Part shown: piece by piece, positions 53,202 to 62,221 of the stretch
How positions within the stretch are numbered: position 1 is the stretch's first letter
How the letters are laid out: the number at the start of each line of letters is the position of its first letter
The notes under the pieces: model-generated
The model's database searches: none
Told to the model about the DNA's origin: nothing
The model's input: the letters and a program-made list of their open reading frames with translations, nothing else
IMG/VR virus record: IMGVR_UViG_3300009507_002699
Span: 1 to 62,223 of that record
Direction: 5' to 3' (one strand)
Source of the DNA: a virus
Taxonomy: Duplodnaviria > Caudoviricetes
Length of the DNA: 62,223 bases
Position numbers and translations under genes: made by a program

Positions 53202-55692
53202 TCCAAAGTCTAAATTACCTTGTCATTATGCACATGGTGGAGTAAACTTTAAAAATGGATTTGCTACTACTTGTCCAATTAGTTCTGCTCACTTAGTTGA
53301 ACTAGGAGAGTTTGGCGGAGTACCAAGTGAGTTTTGGAATAGTAAAGGATTTAGAGAATATAGACAACAACTAGATAGAGGTGAATGGCCAGAACATTGT
53401 CATCTTTGTCAAAGTGCTGAAAAGGAAGGAACTAAAAGTATGCGTCATGATTATGAAGCAGATCTAACACATTATGATCCTGCGACAGGAGAAGTTGATT
53501 TTAACGGACTAAAACATGTAGAAATGAGGTTTAGTAATAGTTGTAATATGGCATGTTTGCATTGTAGTGAAGTATACAGTAGTCAATGGGGTAGTAGATT
53601 AAAGGACTATACTCCAGATCAAGATGATTGGGATCATAATTTAGAGCAATTACTAAAAACACAGCATAGAGAAGGACCGGATGATAATAAACAAATTAGA
53701 TTATCAAAAGCAGATGCATTAGCCATTGCAGATGATCTTAATAAAAACTTTCCTAATATTCAAAAAATTGATTTTGCAGGCGGCGAAGTATTATACCAAA
53801 AGCAATTCTTTCCGGTACTAGAGCGTTTGGCTCAACATCCTAATGCTAAAAACTTATATATATTCTTCCATAGTAATTTTAATGCACCATTTGATGTAAA
53901 CACACTTAATGATTTACTTAAACCTTTTAGGCAGACAAAGATTAAAATTAGTGTTGATGCAGGAACAAATATTTATAGTTACTTTAGAGACGGTGACTGG
54001 GATGTCTTAAAAAATAATCTTGCTAAGTTTAAAGAGATTAATAAAACAACCTACCTTGATGCAGTGTGTACAACTAGCATTTATCAAATCCTTGACTTAA
54101 AAAATATACTAGTATCGTTGGCTAGTTTAGATGTAAACGAAATATCAATGAGTACTGTGTTTACACCGAGATATATTAACCCAGCAGTTGCATATAGAAT
54201 GTTTGGGCAGGCTGTAATAAGTGATATACACGAAGCCGCTGATGCTTTAATGAGTATAAAGAAGAAACGCATGGCATCATCTAATAAAGAAAATTATAGA
54301 TCTTATATGCCTGAGTATAATGATTATGCTGATATTAGCGGATGTCTTAGAGATTTAGAACATATTAGAACTTATATTTTAAATCATCCTACAAAACAAA
54401 GCGATGTACAAGCGTTTTTATCATATGCTAATAAGATGGATAAATTATGGAAACAAAACTTCAATGATGTATTTCCAAGATGGATACTTACAAAAGATTC
54501 GTTATTAAGAAATAACAATATTGATTATAGCGGAGAGTTTCCATATAATAAGTGTGATATAAACCAAGAAATTAAAGATGTTATAACAAAATCACAAGAA
54601 GAAGGCAATATAGTTAGACCTCATTACCAAAAACTTTTAACTATGCCAATGCCAGAAGATGTAAGAGATGTTGAAGAAAGGCAATTAAAAGATTGGGCTG
54701 AAGAAATTTCTCAAGCGATAAAAGTACTACGATGGCATATGGGTACATCAGGGAAAGAAGAAATTGATAAGAAATTAGAACACCTTGAACATATGAAAAC
54801 TCGTCCAGAGTATAATGGGTGGGTACGGTATGAAAACTATCTTGCACAATCAAGAATTGCTGTAAAGTCAATCGAAGAAGAATTTTCGAAATGGGAATTT
54901 AATAAAGAACGAGTTGTAAAACTTGCTTTACACACAGCAGGCTTTCAACATTTTACACACGATAATTTAAATATTCCTTTCAATCCAGACTGGAAAAAAA
55001 TTGCTGTAAATGTAAGTGGCGGAGCAGATAGTTGTTTATTAACTTTCCTACTTTGTAAACACATTGAAGAAAACAATTTAGATTGTAAAGTTGATATAAT
55101 TACACATCAACGTGTATGGACAGTTCGTCCATGGGCAGGTCCTGTAAGTGTAGAAGTTTATAATAAGTTAAAAGAAAGATATCCTAATATTATTGGTAAT
55201 AGATTAACAAACTATATACCGCCTGAACTAGAACATAGTACACTAGGTAATATTGTAGAAGATAGAAGTGGCGATCAAATTATAGTTCAAAGTTATAATG
55301 ATTTTATTGCCGCACAAAACGATTACAATGCAGTGTTTAATGCAACAACAAAAAATCCTAGTATGGAAACTCCTACAGAAGATAGAATGAGAAATAGAGA
55401 CCACCAAGCGTTTGGATTAAATGAGTTTGTTTGTTTATATTTTAATTATTGGCAATGTATGCCGTTTATTGCTACAGAAAAAGACTGGGTAATTAAACAG
55501 TATAAAGATTTAGATATACTAGACTTTTACACTACTACACGTAGTTGTGAAGGTGATGGTAGAGACGGAGGACCATTGCTTGGCAAAGACTACTGGTGGT
55601 ACAAATATAATATGGATCAGCCTGTAGAAACTTGTGGTAAGTGTTTTTGGTGCGTAGAAAGAAAATGGGCGGAAGATCAGAATGAGTTTTGA
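53194..55692 (+). CDS. radical SAM (type B) fused to QueC-like PP-loop ATPase
   Basis: PCHYAH...CHLC, CNMACLHC and AGGEV, then C-terminal VSGGADSC and TRSC...TCGKCFWCVER. Confidence 0.85.
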   Translation: MDNPKSKLPCHYAHGGVNFKNGFATTCPISSAHLVELGEFGGVPSEFWNSKGFREYRQQLDRGEWPEHCHLCQSAEKEGTKSMRHDYEADLTHYDPATGEVDFNGLKHVEMRFSNSCNMACLHCSEVYSSQWGSRLKDYTPDQDDWDHNLEQLLKTQHREGPDDNKQIRLSKADALAIADDLNKNFPNIQKIDFAGGEVLYQKQFFPVLERLAQHPNAKNLYIFFHSNFNAPFDVNTLNDLLKPFRQTKIKISVDAGTNIYSYFRDGDWDVLKNNLAKFKEINKTTYLDAVCTTSIYQILDLKNILVSLASLDVNEISMSTVFTPRYINPAVAYRMFGQAVISDIHEAADALMSIKKKRMASSNKENYRSYMPEYNDYADISGCLRDLEHIRTYILNHPTKQSDVQAFLSYANKMDKLWKQNFNDVFPRWILTKDSLLRNNNIDYSGEFPYNKCDINQEIKDVITKSQEEGNIVRPHYQKLLTMPMPEDVRDVEERQLKDWAEEISQAIKVLRWHMGTSGKEEIDKKLEHLEHMKTRPEYNGWVRYENYLAQSRIAVKSIEEEFSKWEFNKERVVKLALHTAGFQHFTHDNLNIPFNPDWKKIAVNVSGGADSCLLTFLLCKHIEENNLDCKVDIITHQRVWTVRPWAGPVSVEVYNKLKERYPNIIGNRLTNYIPPELEHSTLGNIVEDRSGDQIIVQSYNDFIAAQNDYNAVFNATTKNPSMETPTEDRMRNRDHQAFGLNEFVCLYFNYWQCMPFIATEKDWVIKQYKDLDILDFYTTTRSCEGDGRDGGPLLGKDYWWYKYNMDQPVETCGKCFWCVERKWAEDQNEF

Positions 55693-56860
55693 TACATTAG
55701 ATTTAAAAACAGGCAACGTATTCCAAGTAACTTGGGATTTAGGCAGACGATGTAATTATGATTGTTCATACTGTCCGGTAACACGCCACGACAACTTTAG
55801 TCCACATGCTACGCTAGACGAACTAAAAGCAAATACAGATTTCTTGTATGAGTATATTGATACGTATATGCAACATCGTTCATACAAGCGTACTAGCATT
55901 GGTTTCACTGGCGGTGAGCCTACAGTAAACCCAAACTTTATTCCTTTTATGCAATATTTAAAAAGTGAATACGAAACCAAGTATCAAAGCAGATGGAGTG
56001 CAAACTTTGCACTTACAAGTAACGGTGCTATGGGACAAAAAATGGCACAAAAAGTAATGGAGAATTTTGCTCACATTACAGTAAGTTATCACGCCGAAAG
56101 TAATGAAAAACTAAAAAAACAAGTACGTGATAGAATATTACAATTTCACAAGGATGGTCCTGCACACAAAACAACAATGAGTATTAATGTTATGTTTCAT
56201 GCAGAACATTTTGATGAATGTAAAGAATTATGCGAATGGCTGGACGGGCATGAAATAAAGTATGTTCCGAGAGTCATTGGTGAAGAGCCTGATAGTAAAC
56301 CTAGTTTTGCACACAAGTACAATGATGAACAATTACAGTACATGCGAGATTTTTGGAAAAACAAAAATGCTAAACTAAACACTAAAAAGAAAAAAGAAGA
56401 AGAAGTTACTAAAGTACTAAGTGCGGCAGGAGAAAAAACTAGCGAAAAGAAAAAACTAGGACTTGTTGAAGGTCGCCCATGTTGCGGTAGTAGAGAAATG
56501 TGCTTGTCAAATAAGGGCGATAGTCGCAATGCTACCTTTGTAGACTTGCGTGAGTTTAAAGGTTGGCAATGTAGTGTTAACTTTTTCTTTTTACATTTAG
56601 AACAACAAACTGATCAAGTGTTCCATCATCAAACTTGTCAAGCACGGTTTGACGGTACTAGAGGACCAATAGGTAAAATAAGTGAAGGTAAACAAATTGT
56701 TGCAGATTTAGTCAAAAAGTTAGAAACAGATACAATGCCAACTATTACTTGCCCTAAACATGTTTGTGGTTGCGGATTATGTGCGCCTAAAAGTAAATTC
56801 CCAGAAAATTACAAAGAAGTTATGAAGAATCATTTAGTTCGTCCAGAGGTACTAGCATAA
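55682..56860 (+). CDS. radical SAM protein with Cys-rich C-terminus (type C)
   Basis: WDLGRRCNYDCSYC, TGGEPT, VSYH, C-terminal RPCC, GWQC and CPKHVCGCGLC. Confidence 0.9.
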   Translation: MSFDTLDLKTGNVFQVTWDLGRRCNYDCSYCPVTRHDNFSPHATLDELKANTDFLYEYIDTYMQHRSYKRTSIGFTGGEPTVNPNFIPFMQYLKSEYETKYQSRWSANFALTSNGAMGQKMAQKVMENFAHITVSYHAESNEKLKKQVRDRILQFHKDGPAHKTTMSINVMFHAEHFDECKELCEWLDGHEIKYVPRVIGEEPDSKPSFAHKYNDEQLQYMRDFWKNKNAKLNTKKKKEEEVTKVLSAAGEKTSEKKKLGLVEGRPCCGSREMCLSNKGDSRNATFVDLREFKGWQCSVNFFFLHLEQQTDQVFHHQTCQARFDGTRGPIGKISEGKQIVADLVKKLETDTMPTITCPKHVCGCGLCAPKSKFPENYKEVMKNHLVRPEVLA

Positions 56861-57648
56861 TGAAGATAGGAATTTTTGGAGATAGTTTTGCAGATAATAA
56901 AACTGGTGGAGAACCAATTTATCAAGAAACATCATGGCCGTCATTATTATCAAATAAGTTTGATGTAACTAATTACAGCAAGGCCGGTAGTGGTTTAGAA
57001 TATTCTTTAGAACAAATTTTCCTTCATGCTGACAAATTTGATAAAATAATTTTTGTGTCAACTAGTCCTCAGAGAATGATGATAAATGAAGATCATCATC
57101 ATAAACTTATACAAGATGAAGAAGATGATATGACTTTATGGCATCATATCCGTCCTGTTGATCTGCGCGAACGAAAAGTCAATGGTAAAGAAGATAAATT
57201 TTATAATATGGCTTTAAAAGTTGCACAGCAATATAGTGACCTTTTTGTTAAAAACGATCACCTTGATATGAGAGTTGCACTAATATGGAAAGCACTAAAG
57301 GCTCACTACGGCGACAAACTTTTATTATTATATATGGCAGTGCCTGAAACTGGTGGATATATAGGACAAAAATTTTTAAGAAGATATAATATTTGGCCAG
57401 ATAATGAAATGAGTCTATACGATATAACGGATTATGAGAATCAACTCATTTTTGGAAAAAATCCTTATAATCCTGAGTATGATCGACGTTCGTGTCATAT
57501 AACGCACTGGCATCATAATATGTTATATGAAAAAATGCTCCGCTGGATTCATAGTGGTGAATTTAGTTTAACAGCCAAAGATTTAGTAGAAATTAAACTT
57601 GAAGAAATATTTGAAATGTACCATGGACCGTGGATTAAAAAAATATAA
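56860..57648 (+). CDS. SGNH/GDSL hydrolase-like protein
   Basis: IFGDSF (block I), NYSKAGSG (block II) and DRRSCHI (candidate catalytic His). Confidence 0.65.
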   Translation: MKIGIFGDSFADNKTGGEPIYQETSWPSLLSNKFDVTNYSKAGSGLEYSLEQIFLHADKFDKIIFVSTSPQRMMINEDHHHKLIQDEEDDMTLWHHIRPVDLRERKVNGKEDKFYNMALKVAQQYSDLFVKNDHLDMRVALIWKALKAHYGDKLLLLYMAVPETGGYIGQKFLRRYNIWPDNEMSLYDITDYENQLIFGKNPYNPEYDRRSCHITHWHHNMLYEKMLRWIHSGEFSLTAKDLVEIKLEEIFEMYHGPWIKKI

Positions 57649-57649
57649 T

Positions 57650-58747
57650 ATGGATAAATCTTTTAAATATGCCTGTCCGTTACCATTTAATCATATGGCT
57701 GTTAGACCCGACGGTAAAATATTACCATGTTGTGTTTTCAGATGGGACGATGTACCACAAGATTTAAATATTGATTACAAGGATCCTTTCAATCATCCTT
57801 TTATGAAAAATCTTAGGGACAAAATGTCTAAAGATGTTTATGTCGAAGGATGCAAAGAATGTTATCAAAAAGAAGAGTTTGGTAATCAAAGTTTTAGAAA
57901 ACTTGTACTAGACAAGCATCAAGAATTTGGTGCTACTAGTTTAGTAGAAGGAACACCACCAGAACTTACATATGTAGATTTGAGTATCAGTAATACTTGT
58001 AATAATAAATGTAGAATGTGTAATCCAGGCCTTAGTACATCTTGGTATAGTGATGCAAAGAAGTTAGGTATAGAAATTCCTAAAGGGATTATTAAAAATC
58101 CTTTTATTGAAAATACTGACTTTAGTAAATTAAAATTTATTAAATTGCTAGGCGGAGAACCGCTTATGGAACAAAAGGCTATTAAGAAAATTTTAAAACA
58201 ATGTGATCTTTCACAGTTGCATATTCAACTTATCACTAATGGTACAGTAATACCTGATGATGAACTAAAAGGTATGTTAGAACATGTTAAGCGACTAGAA
58301 GTAAAACTTAGTATAGATGCATACGGAAAACTAAACGACTTTTTACGCAGTGGTAGTAAATGGGAAACTGTTGAAAAAACAGTAGATTGGTTTAAAGGAT
58401 TTGTTAATAAAAAGTTTTTAAGTATCCACAGCGTAGCAAGTATATACAACATTAATAAGTTAGACGAAATGGTCGAATACGCAAAGTCAAAAGAAATTTA
58501 TCACGAATATGTACCACTTGATGATGTTGATTACATGCAAACAAAACATTTACCTTTAGAGGCTAAAAAATTGTTAGCAGAGAAAATAGCAAGTAAAAAT
58601 TATAAATTTGGTGTAAGTTTAATTTATGAGTTAGAACAGCACGGAGATATTAACATATTCTTAAAACAAGATGCTATCATGAACAGTTTACGTACAGAGC
58701 ACTGGAAAGATTATAATCCTGAATTATTTGAATTGACAAAACTATAA
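57650..58747 (+). CDS. radical SAM protein (type B)
   Basis: Start at ATG 57650. ACPLPFNH...PCC...CKEC, then CNNKCRMC, LGGEP and ITNGT. Confidence 0.9.
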   Translation: MDKSFKYACPLPFNHMAVRPDGKILPCCVFRWDDVPQDLNIDYKDPFNHPFMKNLRDKMSKDVYVEGCKECYQKEEFGNQSFRKLVLDKHQEFGATSLVEGTPPELTYVDLSISNTCNNKCRMCNPGLSTSWYSDAKKLGIEIPKGIIKNPFIENTDFSKLKFIKLLGGEPLMEQKAIKKILKQCDLSQLHIQLITNGTVIPDDELKGMLEHVKRLEVKLSIDAYGKLNDFLRSGSKWETVEKTVDWFKGFVNKKFLSIHSVASIYNINKLDEMVEYAKSKEIYHEYVPLDDVDYMQTKHLPLEAKKLLAEKIASKNYKFGVSLIYELEQHGDINIFLKQDAIMNSLRTEHWKDYNPELFELTKL

Positions 58748-58761
58748 AAGGGTGCTATAAT
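58733..58761 (+). promoter_or_regulatory. consensus sigma70 promoter with extended -10
   Basis: TTGACA (58733-58738), 17 bp spacer, TATAAT (58756-58761) preceded by TGn. ATG at 58767. Confidence 0.85.
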
Positions 58762-58766
58762 AAATT

Positions 58767-59879
58767 ATGAATGAAGATTTAAAATGGTCGAACTATGACT
58801 TTACTAAAATACCATTTGACGACATTGTCGCTGTGGGTCAACGTACTCTGCTTTATCGCGATCTATTTACTGTATCCTGGCTCTTGGGAAGATTCTGTAA
58901 CTACAGATGCTCCTACTGTTGGCCCTATGCACGTTCCGATCGTAAAGACCATAGACCTACCGAGTTATGCTTGCGAACAGTGGATGAAATCAAACGTCAA
59001 GCCAGAGACAACGGTTTTAACAGTTTCCACTTCTCCTTGTCGGGAGGAGAGCCTACTTTCCATCCTGGATACTTGGATATACTAAAACATCTTAGTGACG
59101 ATGTAGAAAATACAAATTACACAAGTGTACACATGACTAGTAATTGTAGTCGTCCAATGAAGTGGTTTGAAACATATGTTGAATATGCAAAGCCTTTTCA
59201 CAGAGCAAGTATAACAGCAAGTCTGCATACCGAACACGTAAATAGTAAAGAGAAGATGCAAGACTTTGCAGACAAGTTAATCTTCTGTCAGGAGCATGAT
59301 GTACAAGTTACAATTAATCAAGTTATGGTACCAGAATGGTTTGAACGTGATTGGGAAAATGCATTATTCTTTCACGAACAAGGTATCAACGTTACTCTTA
59401 AACCACAATCAGACCCTACTGCTTCTAGAGTTGTTGATGGGTACAAAGAAGAAGATCTTAAGAAACTCTACAACGGAATGCCACAACGGGCGTACACAGA
59501 AAGCAAACGTAAATGGGCAAGTCGACCAAAACCGTCTTTCCAAGTACCTCAAGGAGTAGAGGGTAAAATGGATACTAGTATACCTTGGCATATGCAAGTT
59601 GAAATGGAAGACTCTAAAGGCAATAAGTACTATATGGACCAAGCAGAACGGTTTAATGCCTTTAATTTCAATAATTTCGAAGGATGGCGGTGTAATGCCG
59701 GTTACAGCGGACTTATAATACGCGAGCCAGACGGTTCGGTAAAAAGGAGTTATTCGTGTCACGATGCGCCACTAGGCAACATCGAAACAGGTTTCGAACT
59801 GTTTAAGACACCTAAAACTTGTATTACAAAAAGTTGTGTAAGTTCTGCTGATAGTAAAATTCCAAAAAGGAAAGTGTAA
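58767..59879 (+). CDS. radical SAM protein (type C)
   Basis: WLLGRFCNYRCSYC, SGGEPT, ASLH, C-terminal GWRCNAG, SC and CITKSC. Confidence 0.9.
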   Translation: MNEDLKWSNYDFTKIPFDDIVAVGQRTLLYRDLFTVSWLLGRFCNYRCSYCWPYARSDRKDHRPTELCLRTVDEIKRQARDNGFNSFHFSLSGGEPTFHPGYLDILKHLSDDVENTNYTSVHMTSNCSRPMKWFETYVEYAKPFHRASITASLHTEHVNSKEKMQDFADKLIFCQEHDVQVTINQVMVPEWFERDWENALFFHEQGINVTLKPQSDPTASRVVDGYKEEDLKKLYNGMPQRAYTESKRKWASRPKPSFQVPQGVEGKMDTSIPWHMQVEMEDSKGNKYYMDQAERFNAFNFNNFEGWRCNAGYSGLIIREPDGSVKRSYSCHDAPLGNIETGFELFKTPKTCITKSCVSSADSKIPKRKV

Positions 59880-60535
59880 TGGAATATAAGGAACTTATTG
59901 AAACCCGTCAGAATCATTTTACATGGGACTATTCAAAAGAAGTTCCTAAAGAAGATATAGTAGAAGTATTTGAAGAAGTATATTTAAATGTGCCTACAAA
60001 AAATCTTATGTATCCCTATGAAGTTACTTTATATAAAAATAGTGATCTGGAAAAGCGCAAAGAAATTATGTCTGTTTGTCATAGGAATATGGATCATGAT
60101 ATAGAAAGAGATCGAGGAAACCCCCAAGTATTAGCACCTTGGCTTGTAGGTATCGGCCAACGTAATGTAGTAGATTTAGAAACTAGATATGATCCTGTGT
60201 ATAGGCGTCCTGTTCCTTGGGTTGATAGAATGGATGCTTTTGAAGCAGGTATATTGTCAACATATATTATGCTCGGTTTACAAAATCGTGGATACAATAC
60301 AGGAATAAGTCAAAACTGTTGTAATGATCCTCAACGAACTGCTGAACTTATAAATGCTAGTATGCCTACTATATTTCTTATAGGTATTGGGTACGGAACA
60401 AATGATGAAACATATTTAGATCCAAGAACTGACACAATTAAGCAAGTACCATTTACTATAGATGTAGTTAGACCAAGTAGAGAACGTAAGAAAACAGAAG
60501 GCACCCCAAGTTTTACAGATGTATTCAAACTATGA
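59879..60535 (+). CDS. nitroreductase-family flavoprotein
   Basis: YKELIETRQNHFTW...VPTKNLMYPY N-terminal pattern, GNPQVLAPWL, GYNTG and IGIGYG. Confidence 0.65.
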   Translation: MEYKELIETRQNHFTWDYSKEVPKEDIVEVFEEVYLNVPTKNLMYPYEVTLYKNSDLEKRKEIMSVCHRNMDHDIERDRGNPQVLAPWLVGIGQRNVVDLETRYDPVYRRPVPWVDRMDAFEAGILSTYIMLGLQNRGYNTGISQNCCNDPQRTAELINASMPTIFLIGIGYGTNDETYLDPRTDTIKQVPFTIDVVRPSRERKKTEGTPSFTDVFKL

Positions 60536-61242
60536 GAACACAAGAACAAATAACAGCAATCAAGAATACACAAAGTGATCCTAAGCAACATTGGGATATT
60601 TTAAACTACGGAAATATTATGGATCTGTTAACACACTATAATGATTCTAGTAAAAAAGTAGAACAAAAAACTACAGGACCTAAAGTACTTTATGTTAAAG
60701 AAGGTGAAGGTGTAATAGATGATATTTTACAAAAACTAAGAAAAATTTACGGAGAGTTTGGAGTACGTTCTGCACATTATTTTGATGTAACTAAACCACA
60801 CATAATACACAATGATGACGACTTTGATTATCCGCAGTGTTACAAAGCATTTGTAATACCATTACTTGTAGAAGGTACTACATGTGACAAAGCAAAGTTT
60901 TTTGTATTTGATCAAAGTTACTACGGCGGTCCTGCAAAGTTTGTTAACGGCGAAGATGTAACAGGTAAGCCGGTACACTATAATACATTTTTAACAGATT
61001 ATAAAGATGTAGAAGACAAAGCAATTTGTGGATTAGATGATTTTGAATTACAACACCTTACACATCTCAAATCCAAATGGCTAGAAGGTTTAAGTGTTAA
61101 CAAGTATTTTGATTGGCGCATTGGAAGCGTTATATCTTTTGATAGTCTAAATTTACATTGTTCGAGTGACTTTAATGCATCGGGTATTACACGCAAAATT
61201 GGACTCAGTATTTTTACAGAGAAATATGATGCCGCAGTGTAA
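60532..61242 (+). CDS. putative 2OG-Fe(II) oxygenase-like (DSBH) protein
   Basis: IIHND (HxD), FVIPL strand, WRIGSVISFDSLNLHCS (distal His) and a following basic residue. Confidence 0.5.
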   Translation: MRTQEQITAIKNTQSDPKQHWDILNYGNIMDLLTHYNDSSKKVEQKTTGPKVLYVKEGEGVIDDILQKLRKIYGEFGVRSAHYFDVTKPHIIHNDDDFDYPQCYKAFVIPLLVEGTTCDKAKFFVFDQSYYGGPAKFVNGEDVTGKPVHYNTFLTDYKDVEDKAICGLDDFELQHLTHLKSKWLEGLSVNKYFDWRIGSVISFDSLNLHCSSDFNASGITRKIGLSIFTEKYDAAV

Positions 61243-62221
61243 TGCTTTAAAAAATCATTTGTGTATAAGTGTAGATGGAAACTTTCTACCTTGCTGTCGT
61301 TATAGTAAAAATGATCAAAGGTTTCATGTAAATGATTACACATTTGATGAATATCGCAACACAGATTTTTATAATAACATTATATCTAATATGGAAAGCG
61401 GTTGGGATGAAGGTTGTCTAAAATGTAAAAAAGAAGAAGACATGGCCACTAAGTCTAGTATGCGGCAACGACTAAACAAAGACTTTAGTGGTAGCAATAT
61501 AGAGTTTATTGAAATTAGTATTAGTAATAAATGTAATATCACTTGTAGAATGTGTGGTCCTAAGTTTAGTAGTAAGTGGGCTGAAATAGATAATGTTGAA
61601 GTAGAAAAACAAAACTATAGCACTTTGTTAGACACTATAGATTTCTCTACTGTAAAGCGTATAAAATATTTAGGCGGAGAACCGTTTATTACTCCAGAGT
61701 TTAAAGAACTTATAGACAGGGTTACTAATAAGGAAAATGTTGATTTACAAGTAAACACTAATGCAACATTTTTTCCAAATAAGTACATAAACGAATTAGC
61801 AAAATTCAAAAATATGTATGTTGCTTTGAGTATAGATGGTATAGGCAAAGTTGACGAATACATTAGACAAGGCACTGATTGGAATAAAAAATTATCTGTA
61901 ATCAAACAATGGCTAGATACAGACTTTACATTGTACATCCATACAGTTGTTCAAGCATACAACATACACGATATAAAGAATATAAAAGCATTTGCAGACG
62001 AAAATAATTTACATTGGTCTCCTGCTGTGATTGATTCTCCTAAAGAATTTCAATTACATGCACTTGATAAAGATTATGTTGACCAGATTAAAGACGATGA
62101 TAATGCAGTGTTTTTAAATACGATAAGTAGTTATAGTGAAGATCTTAATAAAAAGTTCAAATCAACTACTGAACGATTAGATAAATTGTTTGATACAAAG
62201 TGGGAAGACATTGTTAAATGA
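61226..62221 (+). CDS. radical SAM protein (type B)
   Basis: Start at ATG 61226. QCNALKNH...PCC...CLKC, then CNITCRMC, LGGEP and LSIDG. Confidence 0.9.
   Translation: MMPQCNALKNHLCISVDGNFLPCCRYSKNDQRFHVNDYTFDEYRNTDFYNNIISNMESGWDEGCLKCKKEEDMATKSSMRQRLNKDFSGSNIEFIEISISNKCNITCRMCGPKFSSKWAEIDNVEVEKQNYSTLLDTIDFSTVKRIKYLGGEPFITPEFKELIDRVTNKENVDLQVNTNATFFPNKYINELAKFKNMYVALSIDGIGKVDEYIRQGTDWNKKLSVIKQWLDTDFTLYIHTVVQAYNIHDIKNIKAFADENNLHWSPAVIDSPKEFQLHALDKDYVDQIKDDDNAVFLNTISSYSEDLNKKFKSTTERLDKLFDTKWEDIVK

Noticed and set aside
376-61938. Short ORFs in the track that lie antisense to or nested within long genes (e.g. 376-624, 560-1024, 6905-7189, 43200-43616, 59409-59762)
   Set aside because: They overlap well-supported genes, lack RBS or motifs, and look like shadow frames.
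45792-62221. Labelling the radical SAM genes moaA, pqqE, nirJ or nrdG
   Set aside because: Only generic radical SAM and twitch motifs are present, and none of the cognate pathway genes are nearby.
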